DNA of 32,000 nucleotides from Desulfocapsa sulfexigens DSM 10523 (GTDB lineage: Bacteria; Desulfobacterota; Desulfobulbia; Desulfobulbales; Desulfocapsaceae): contig NC_020304.1 in the NCBI RefSeq assembly GCF_000341395.1, positions 1,320,001-1,352,000 on the forward strand, read 5' to 3'. The notes under the pieces were generated by a model. It was not told where the DNA came from. It did not search any database and worked only from the letters and a program-made list of their open reading frames with translations. The translations under genes and the position numbers were made by a program. Each line of letters begins with the position of its first letter. The first letter of the stretch is position 1. Shown here piece by piece: positions 25,411 to 32,000 of the stretch.

Positions 25411-26739
25411 ATGAGTTCTTTGAAACTATTTTTGCCCTTTGCAGGTATCTTCCTTTCTCCCTCTCTCTTGTTCGCTGTACAGGAAAGTGAAGCAGACGCT
25501 GGTGGCATTATTCTCCATCAGCTTGAAGTTGCATCAAAGATTGGTTCTACAAAAAAAGATTTTGATATGGAAGAGAGCGGCATCGTAGGTCTTGGCGACA
25601 GTGCTGGGCTATCTCTTGGACTTCAATACTATCTTGGTTTAATTCAACAGTATGAGGAAAAAATAGAAGAGGACAAAGAAAATGTATACCTGTGGCTAGG
25701 TCTTGCTCAGACCTGGGAAACCCTGAAAAAAGATGCCAATGCACTCGAGGCCTACCAACGGGCTCTTACAATTTCACAAGAAAATAGTATTGCCCTCCAG
25801 GGCATCCAGAGGATCAAAAGAAGTAGACAAGTTCAATTACGAGTTTATTGGTCATCTACGAGCCAGGATGAATACTCGCCCTATCTCGGTACAGAGTATG
25901 CTTCATGGAAGGAACAGGTCAAGCAGGTGCAGGTAACAAAATCCTGGGGCACTGGAAAAACAATTGGTTTCGGTTGGCTAGACAGCTCCATAGAACAGGA
26001 TAATCTGCTTTATGAAGACACTGATTATTCTCTGCATCGCCAGGCCCCATTTTTTATGATTTCGTGGCCTCTTGCTGATCGTGTATCGGCTTCGGTTCGG
26101 CTTCGAGAGGAAAAATTCAGCAATGATGATGACAAGGCCTATTATCAATTAAATGAAAACAAACATATCTATACAGGCCACGTATTGATTAGCTACAGAG
26201 GAGAAGGGTACTGGGGTAATATGAATTACTCCAGAAACAGGGAGACCGATTCCATTTATGATCTGGTCAATGCACGGGCAGCATTGTATATCGAAGTAAA
26301 GGAACTTGCAGGAGTTTCAGGGGGATTTGTATTGGCACCTGGCTTGGAGGTTGGATCGAGCATCTACTATGAACAGTATGGTTCTGACAGCCCTGATCAG
26401 TTTAATGGTAATCTACAATTCAGTCACTTTCCCTCCTGGTTCCCTGGGTTTCAGGTGAGTCTAGGGAGCGGATATTATACCGAGGAAAAGGAAGTTATTG
26501 TTAATTTATCCACAAATTACCAATGGCAACCCTGGCCGGAGTTACTGATGCAGCTGGAATATCAGTTGGAATACTCCGAGAACGAAGATTCCTGGCTGAA
26601 TCAGGGTGATTTACTTCTCAGTTGGTCTTTTACCAACCAACTTTCCATGAACCTTCGGGCCCAATATGGTGCTGAAACAGGAGGGGATAAGGATACAATC
26701 TTTTTCACTCAAGCAAGTTTGAACTGGAATTTTTTCTAG
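25411..26739 (+). CDS. Outer-membrane protein: signal peptide, short TPR-like segment and C-terminal beta-barrel (YaiO/PgaA-like architecture)
   Basis: Signal MSSLKLFLPFAGIFLSPSLLFA. TPR-like LWLGLAQTWETLKKDANALEAYQRALTISQ. Long alternating aromatic beta-strand region ending ..SLNWNFF. Confidence 0.65.
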   Translation: MSSLKLFLPFAGIFLSPSLLFAVQESEADAGGIILHQLEVASKIGSTKKDFDMEESGIVGLGDSAGLSLGLQYYLGLIQQYEEKIEEDKENVYLWLGLAQTWETLKKDANALEAYQRALTISQENSIALQGIQRIKRSRQVQLRVYWSSTSQDEYSPYLGTEYASWKEQVKQVQVTKSWGTGKTIGFGWLDSSIEQDNLLYEDTDYSLHRQAPFFMISWPLADRVSASVRLREEKFSNDDDKAYYQLNENKHIYTGHVLISYRGEGYWGNMNYSRNRETDSIYDLVNARAALYIEVKELAGVSGGFVLAPGLEVGSSIYYEQYGSDSPDQFNGNLQFSHFPSWFPGFQVSLGSGYYTEEKEVIVNLSTNYQWQPWPELLMQLEYQLEYSENEDSWLNQGDLLLSWSFTNQLSMNLRAQYGAETGGDKDTIFFTQASLNWNFF

Positions 26740-26898
26740 GAGTGGACTGACAGCCATCACTGATGGGGCAGCTCATGGAGGACCGGTAAAGAGGAAGTTA
26801 TAAGACGTGATTTCTTTACCACTGTTGAACCAAAACCAATGAGTACAATCAATCATTGCTGGAAAATGCCATTATCAGAAGGCGTTTTTGAAATTCTG

Positions 26899-26916
26899 AG
26901 CAGCGGACCCGCTGCT
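26899..26916. terminator. GC hairpin AGCAGCG-GACC-CGCTGCT between convergent genes; candidate bidirectional terminator
   Basis: Read directly. It lies 13 nt beyond the minus-strand stop at 26929. Flanking T/A runs are weak. Confidence 0.35.
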
Positions 26917-26928
26917 TACTGAAGGCTA

Positions 26929-27513
26929 TCAGAAGTCTATATAGTCGTAATCGATAATCTCCTCCACATCGCCTTCGCTATGTTTTCGATAATAGACCAT
27001 CTTATCAAAAGTGGGTTTATAAATAATGACGATGGAATTTTCCTTGACCGTAAAACCTTCTTTTTGTCCAGAAGGATAATAGCGAAAAAGAACCAGGACG
27101 TCCCCATATTCATGGATAACCACCTCAGCAATCCCGGCAAGGCTGTTGGATGTCGTTTTTCGTATTTCCTTGAGTGGCCCAAGCCCTCCTACTACCTTAC
27201 GAATGGATCCCTCATTAATTAAAGAATCGATGGACCCCTTGTAGTAGCGAATGACCGAGATGAGTTGGTTCTTAAACAACTTAAATTCCATCCGTTCAAC
27301 ATCTTTTTCCGGATGAGGCAGGCGAAACAAAGTAACCCGAAATCCGTCTTCTTCAACAAACTCGACTTCCGAGAATTTCTGCTCAATAACAGGAAACGGG
27401 CTGTTCCATGGAATCCCCATGCAATTTCCCGTTTCCTGTCCATAGACTGCAATGCTACTCACGTGCAAAAGGAAAAAATAAGGAGACCTTTTAGAAAAAG
27501 TTTCATGCCGCAA
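26929..27513 (-). CDS. Hypothetical protein, last gene of the Mo-oxidoreductase operon
   Basis: The ORF track extends it to 27651, but that part overlaps torD-like coding sequence. A TTG at 27513 has an AAGGA Shine-Dalgarno 5-6 nt upstream, overlaps the TorD-like stop by 11 nt, and gives a weak signal-like N-terminus (KRSPYFFLLHVSSIAVYG). The alternative ATG is at 27420. No family recognised. Confidence 0.5.
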   Translation of the reverse strand: MRHETFSKRSPYFFLLHVSSIAVYGQETGNCMGIPWNSPFPVIEQKFSEVEFVEEDGFRVTLFRLPHPEKDVERMEFKLFKNQLISVIRYYKGSIDSLINEGSIRKVVGGLGPLKEIRKTTSNSLAGIAEVVIHEYGDVLVLFRYYPSGQKEGFTVKENSIVIIYKPTFDKMVYYRKHSEGDVEEIIDYDYIDF

Positions 27514-28153
27514 CGCAATCCTTTTGCTGTTGTTTTTGGAGCAAGTCGCTTTCCTGGTCAAGGAATGTCTTGGCCAACTCTGCAACTTCACGATACAGCG
27601 GCAGGTTTGCCTTGTTGATAACCTTATCAAAGAATTCTGGTGCCCATGCAAGGAGATGTTCTGTAAGAAAACGACGCTTTATTGAAAAGAGATTTTCTGC
27701 AAGCTCTGTCTCATCATCATTTACTGCCTGCGCATACCGTTCTTCGAGTTTTTGCATAAATTCAAGCTCTGCGCCAATATGATCCGGCATGCCACCAAAA
27801 TCTGATTGGTAGCTCAGTCCGGTAGCTTCTACGAATTTCTTTACTGCAACGGTGTCGGCACCCCAGAGTTTCCCATAATCCCCATCATCACGAACACGAT
27901 GAACTGACTCATGGGGAGAGATAAAACGTCCGGGACCTATGAATAGACCGGCAAACTCAATGGCCAGTTCATCCACCAGTTGAGCTGGGTTTTTGTTATA
28001 AAATTCTTGGCCCAGATCCATTTCCAATTCGGTAAATGTCTCCCGAAATTCAGGAGTTCGTAACTGAATCAGAAGTTCTGGGCTGATCTCGGTGGCAAAA
28101 AACATTGCCAATAATCCGTAGAGTCCGGAAACTGTACTGTTCGCTGTTTCCAA
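27503..28153 (-). CDS. TorD/DmsD-family redox-enzyme maturation chaperone
   Basis: About 216 aa with family-typical LLAMFF...ELAIEFAGLFIGPG...SPHESV pattern. TTG start with an AAGGGAGA Shine-Dalgarno. It lies directly downstream of the catalytic subunit. Confidence 0.8.
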   Translation of the reverse strand: METANSTVSGLYGLLAMFFATEISPELLIQLRTPEFRETFTELEMDLGQEFYNKNPAQLVDELAIEFAGLFIGPGRFISPHESVHRVRDDGDYGKLWGADTVAVKKFVEATGLSYQSDFGGMPDHIGAELEFMQKLEERYAQAVNDDETELAENLFSIKRRFLTEHLLAWAPEFFDKVINKANLPLYREVAELAKTFLDQESDLLQKQQQKDCVAA

Positions 28154-28234
28154 AATAGTTCTCCCTTAAAAAATACCATTTAATTGATTGAATAGCTGAA
28201 GGAGAATGTTTTCCTTCAGCTATTCTTGCCACTA

Positions 28235-30766
28235 TTAAGCCTTACTGACTGTAACGACCTCATCCATCCAGCGGTGCTGGCCACTAATGGGGTCAGGGGC
28301 ATTGGCAATCAGCCAGTTAGGATGAACACCATAGGTGTCCCACCATTTCAATTTCAGATCCGGATCATTATCGCTTCCCATGATGGATTTTTTACCTGAT
28401 CCATAACGGCCGGATTCTGTCCTGCCAAGATGATAGGAGATGGCAATGGAGCCGGGTACAATCATCTCATTCACATAGGCCTTGATGGAAATTTCACCAA
28501 TTTTTGAGGTGAGTTTTACTAGATCACCATCCTTAATGCCCAACGAGGCAGCTGTTTTTGAATTGATCCATGCTGGATTGTCATGAAACATTTCTGTCAG
28601 CCATTTACAGTGGGTTGAGCGTGAATGGATCTGCACAGGCACCTTGTAGGTAGTCAGGGTTAACTGGTTTTTTGTTAGTTCCTGATGTTCAGGGATTGCC
28701 TTCCAACTTGGGAAGGGTTCAAAGCCTTTCTCTTTCAAGATGGTGGAATAGAGTTCAAAATAACCTGTTTTATTCACCTTATCTGGTTTAAACCCTTTAT
28801 AGACTTTATCGCCGATCTTTTGACCCACATAGCCCTTATAGCTATATGCCATTTTAGCATACCCTTTGGCCATTGCTTCGGCCTCATCTTTTGCCTTAGA
28901 TTTTTTCCAGTTCCAGTAGACACCAGTGGCTTCATCAAAGAGAATACCTTCCTTTTTCAGATCTGCATCTTTGACGATTTTTTTGTGGCTGTAAAAGTCA
29001 GGTTTTTCATTGGGATCATGATAGACACCGTGTTTCTTTAAATATTCAAAACCACCCCCGGGCAAATCCTTCACCGTTGGTGTCATTTCACAGGATAATT
29101 TTACAAATTCCTCCATGGTATCAAAACCAAGGGGCATCTCCATGCGTTTGGCCAGGTCACAGAGTATATCACTGAAATTTCTACACTCACCAAGTGGTGT
29201 TACCACAGGCTGGCGCAATTCAAATTCAGTCTGTTGAGTTGGAGCAACATTCCCATCCCAGTCCCAGCGTTCAAGATAACTGGTATCTGGTAGAATCAAG
29301 TCAGCCAGACGACTGGATTCGTCATAGACGATATTGGAAGTGACCGTGAAGGGCATCAACTTTTCATCGGAGAGAACATCTATATTTTCCTGACACTCAC
29401 CGTTGACATAGACTGGATTGTAACAGTACCAGAGGTAGATATCAGGCCGGCCGTGTGAACCATCCTTGATCATCTTCAATACTGACTGACACTCACCATG
29501 ATTCGGCAGAGCAGAGAGTGTGCCGTTGGTAATCTTGAGCTGTTTGCCCTTTGGTTTTACCTTTGGTCCTTTGGGGTATTTCCAGTGGGGTGCAACCGCC
29601 TTACAGCGACCTCCAGGGCTGTTGATATTACCGGTGATCATACCAAGCATCTGAGCAGCCCGCTCACCATCGGTCCCGTTATAGTGGGCAACGAGTCCAC
29701 GATAACTGATAATACAAGCCGCCTTAGCCTTGGCAAATTCACGGGCGTATTTTTTGATGTTTGCCGCAGAAACACCGCTGATTTTTTCAGCCCACTCTGG
29801 TGTGTAACTGATCAGGTGTTTTTTTAAGGCAGCTATTTTTTCATCCAGAGGTGCATTGACATCTTCCGTGGTCCGGATAAAGGTAAAGGCCTCACGATCA
29901 TAGAGATTTTCCTGCATGATCACATTGTTCATGGCAAGGAGAACCGCAAGATCAGTACCCGGACGAACCGGTTCCCACTTGGTTGATTTTGCGGCAGTAT
30001 AAGAGAGTCTGACGTCAAAGGTAATACAGGGAACATTTCGTTCGACCATCGCCTTGACCAGTCGTTGGGCCGTCGGGATGTGATTGGTATGGGCCTCGAG
30101 TACACCGGAGCCAAAGTTCAACACATAGTCGGTGTTATCAAAATCCCAGTTATCATAATGATTTCCCCAAGTCAATTCCTGGGCAACCCATTTGCCACCT
30201 TCACAGATAGAAGTATGGCCGGAAATTGTTTTGCTTCCATAGGTTCCCATAAATACGGTTTTTGGCAAAGATGAGGAACTTCCCTTGGCTCGTCCGTAAT
30301 GGTACATCAGCTTTTCCGGATGTCCGTCGTCTCTGAGTTTTTTCATACGAGCGGCAAGATCGGTCAAAGCTTCATCCCAGGAAATACGTTTATATTTTCC
30401 ATCTCCACGTTTGCCTGCGCGTTTCAGGGGATAGAGAATTCTGTCCGGGAAATAGACCTGATTGACCCCAGCCTGACCCTTGGCGCAGATCTTTCCCAGG
30501 CTACGGATAGAGTTCGGTTGGCCCTCGATCTTAACCACTCTGCCATCTTCGACAAAAGCGATCTTCGGATCACGTGTTACACAACTGTAACAGACAGTGG
30601 GTACGGCTTTGCGTTCCTTGCCAGTGTCAGGGTTGAAATCTCTGCCTCCCATGGCAAGCTCGACCGAACCGGCCAGGGCATTGCCCACCATTCCTTTGCC
30701 GGCGGTTAGTAAGGCACCGCTGGCCGCAGCCAGTTTTAAGACGTTGCGGCGGCTGATTTTTTTCAT
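28235..30766 (-). CDS. Tat-exported molybdopterin (bis-MGD) oxidoreductase catalytic subunit, Psr/Phs/Ttr/Arr clade-like
   Basis: Twin-arginine signal MKKISRRNVLKLAAASGALL. N-terminal FS0-type motif C59-x2-C62-x3-D66-x27-C94 followed by KGQAG. HTSICEGG is the candidate Mo-ligand Cys segment. 843 aa with an AGGAGG Shine-Dalgarno. Confidence 0.93.
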   Translation of the reverse strand: MKKISRRNVLKLAAASGALLTAGKGMVGNALAGSVELAMGGRDFNPDTGKERKAVPTVCYSCVTRDPKIAFVEDGRVVKIEGQPNSIRSLGKICAKGQAGVNQVYFPDRILYPLKRAGKRGDGKYKRISWDEALTDLAARMKKLRDDGHPEKLMYHYGRAKGSSSSLPKTVFMGTYGSKTISGHTSICEGGKWVAQELTWGNHYDNWDFDNTDYVLNFGSGVLEAHTNHIPTAQRLVKAMVERNVPCITFDVRLSYTAAKSTKWEPVRPGTDLAVLLAMNNVIMQENLYDREAFTFIRTTEDVNAPLDEKIAALKKHLISYTPEWAEKISGVSAANIKKYAREFAKAKAACIISYRGLVAHYNGTDGERAAQMLGMITGNINSPGGRCKAVAPHWKYPKGPKVKPKGKQLKITNGTLSALPNHGECQSVLKMIKDGSHGRPDIYLWYCYNPVYVNGECQENIDVLSDEKLMPFTVTSNIVYDESSRLADLILPDTSYLERWDWDGNVAPTQQTEFELRQPVVTPLGECRNFSDILCDLAKRMEMPLGFDTMEEFVKLSCEMTPTVKDLPGGGFEYLKKHGVYHDPNEKPDFYSHKKIVKDADLKKEGILFDEATGVYWNWKKSKAKDEAEAMAKGYAKMAYSYKGYVGQKIGDKVYKGFKPDKVNKTGYFELYSTILKEKGFEPFPSWKAIPEHQELTKNQLTLTTYKVPVQIHSRSTHCKWLTEMFHDNPAWINSKTAASLGIKDGDLVKLTSKIGEISIKAYVNEMIVPGSIAISYHLGRTESGRYGSGKKSIMGSDNDPDLKLKWWDTYGVHPNWLIANAPDPISGQHRWMDEVVTVSKA

Positions 30767-30807
30767 TGTTCTAGTCCTCCTGTATGTACAAAAGATTATG
30801 AGTTGTA

Positions 30808-31674
30808 TTATTCAACGATGTCCCGATACTCTGTGAGTTTGTCTTTGTCTTCATAAGAGTAATCAGCCAGCACTTCATCGGGATCAATGTAGTAGATGTT
30901 TGGCATGGTTTTGGCTTCAGGCTTCATTGTTGTTTTGTTACGATTTTCCAGAAGGTTGAACTCCTTGGCGAGTTTGGCTACATCACTGTTGGGATCGTTG
31001 AGATCACCAAAGATACGGGCACCAGGAGCACAGGTATTAACACACGCCGGAGTTATGCCTTCATCCAGGCGATGAACACAGGAGGAGCATTTTACGATGG
31101 CATTTTTACTCTTATCCTTCCCTGACAGCTTTCGTTTGTTGAACGTACGAGCACCATAAGGACAGGCATCGATACACTTCCCACAACCGGTACATGCGTC
31201 ATTATCGATAAGAATCAATCCATCTGGACGTTTATAGGTGGCACCACCGCGGTAGCGAATCTTTTTCCCTTCTGCTGTGACGAAGACACGGCGATCTTTT
31301 GGGTATTCGGGGCAGGCCTTGACACAGGGCGGTACGGTCATGTCTCCTACCTTCTCGGTTCCCTCGCAGTGATTGCAGCGACGGGGAATAAGGGTGCGCC
31401 TGGTATCAGGATACTTACCTGTAACTACCTGTTTAATTACGGTTTTAAAAGCTCCGAGTGGTACGTCATACTCTGCTTTGCAGGCCACTGTGCAGGCCCG
31501 ACAGCCGGTGCAGCGGCGCAAATCCATTATCATCACCCACTGCGGTGTTTTGACTTCGGCGGCTTCTGCTTCTTTTGGTTGCAGCAGGCTTACTGATGCG
31601 AGTCCGGCCGCAGCCAAAGATACTCCGGTGACCCGAAGCATTTCCCTGCGATCATCTCTTGTGTTAGTGGTCAT
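30808..31674 (-). CDS. Four-cluster 4Fe-4S ferredoxin-type electron-transfer subunit (PsrB/TtrB/DmsB-like) with its own Tat-like signal
   Basis: Four Cys groups: CTGCRACTVAC, CNHC...CVKACP, CTGCGKCIDACP and CSSC...CVNTCP. The N-terminus DRREMLRVTGVSLAAAGLASV..AEA resembles a twin-arginine leader. GAGGAGGAGG Shine-Dalgarno. Confidence 0.93.
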   Translation of the reverse strand: MTTNTRDDRREMLRVTGVSLAAAGLASVSLLQPKEAEAAEVKTPQWVMIMDLRRCTGCRACTVACKAEYDVPLGAFKTVIKQVVTGKYPDTRRTLIPRRCNHCEGTEKVGDMTVPPCVKACPEYPKDRRVFVTAEGKKIRYRGGATYKRPDGLILIDNDACTGCGKCIDACPYGARTFNKRKLSGKDKSKNAIVKCSSCVHRLDEGITPACVNTCAPGARIFGDLNDPNSDVAKLAKEFNLLENRNKTTMKPEAKTMPNIYYIDPDEVLADYSYEDKDKLTEYRDIVE

Positions 31675-31817
31675 GACCTCCTCCTCGATTCTCTGTTTCT
31701 GTTATGGCTTGTATGATGCAAGCCCGTTTGTATGTCCCTGATATTTCAGGTGCTACATTCTACAATTGAAAGTTTTTTCTTTTCTGACTGCCTACAAAGC
31801 CCAGCCATTTTTATTCG

Positions 31818-32000
31818 TCATTCCTGCTTTTCTGCTTCAGCCTCTTCGGCAAGAGGTTCCAGTTCATCAAGAACGGTGTAGACACTATTGAGTCCCTCAT
31901 CAATCAACATGATTGAATACTTCTTGTTATGAACGCCGTTACCAAATTCCACGAGATCCAATGCCTTTTGTCCCGTTGCAAGAGTCTTTATGAACTCGGC
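31818..32000 (-). CDS. 3' end of a gene truncated by the window edge; possibly a periplasmic multihaem cytochrome (weak)
   Basis: My own translation of the minus strand gives AEFIKTLATGQKALDLVEFGNGVHNKKYSIMLIDEGLNSVYTVLDELEPLAEEAEAEKQE*, open to nt 32000. It is not in the track because no start lies in the window. The xGNGVHN..(helix) pattern resembles the C-terminal GxH helix region of NrfA-type cytochromes, recalled from memory. Confidence 0.4.
   Translation of the reverse strand, partial: AEFIKTLATGQKALDLVEFGNGVHNKKYSIMLIDEGLNSVYTVLDELEPLAEEAEAEKQE

Noticed and set aside
27421-27651. N-terminal part of the 240-aa track ORF 26929..27651
   Set aside because: It overlaps the 3' 149 nt of the TorD-like gene in another frame and has an odd composition. 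Internal starts at 27513 (TTG with Shine-Dalgarno) or 27420 (ATG) are more plausible.
31675-31817. Possible Moco riboswitch or sigma54 promoter in the leader of the Mo-oxidoreductase operon
   Set aside because: I found only a short GGCTTG/CAAGCC hairpin. No GG-N10-GC element with correct spacing and no recognisable Moco-motif core. A covariance-model scan would be needed to exclude one.

Overview
The window reads as a chromosomal segment of an anaerobic Gram-negative bacterium; a Desulfobacterota-like origin is inferred from gene content only. About 31 protein genes are dense on both strands. I found no rRNA, tRNA, CRISPR array, transposase or integrase. Left to right: (1) a radical SAM/SPASM maturase-like gene open to the left edge, convergent with an operon of a degenerate AdhE-like protein plus an XdhC-family protein. 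(2) A C_GCAxxG-family gene, then a minus-strand run of outer-membrane protein, alanine dehydrogenase and an orphan ParA-like ATPase, then enolase. (3) A hypothetical gene with a lipoprotein c-type cytochrome, and an HD-domain hydrolase. (4) A tightly packed plus-strand run of ArsR (ELCVCE site), PF03773/ArsP-like permease, mini-thioredoxin, TolC-like, MFP and RND pump. (5) Periplasmic thioredoxin, CcdA/DsbD-type membrane protein and a Crp-family regulator. (6) A porin plus a small secreted protein, divergent from a SAM methyltransferase across a perfect TGTGA-N6-TCACA box. (7) A sigma54-type promoter with an upstream 32-bp perfect palindrome. It drives a secreted mini-protein made of two 35-aa DxDxDG calcium-loop repeats, then a strong hairpin, then a TPR plus beta-barrel outer-membrane protein. 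(8) A Tat-exported molybdopterin oxidoreductase operon in the order FeS subunit, catalytic subunit, TorD chaperone, unknown protein. No membrane anchor is visible, and a partial, possibly multihaem-cytochrome gene lies upstream at the right edge. The most unusual items are the sigma54/palindrome mini-protein plus OMP module, the anchorless Mo-enzyme operon with an Asp at the third FS0 cysteine position, the AdhE-like protein that has lost its catalytic Cys and cofactor motifs, and the metalloid-type ArsR cassette fused to an RND efflux system. All functional calls come from motif recognition by eye, with no database search.
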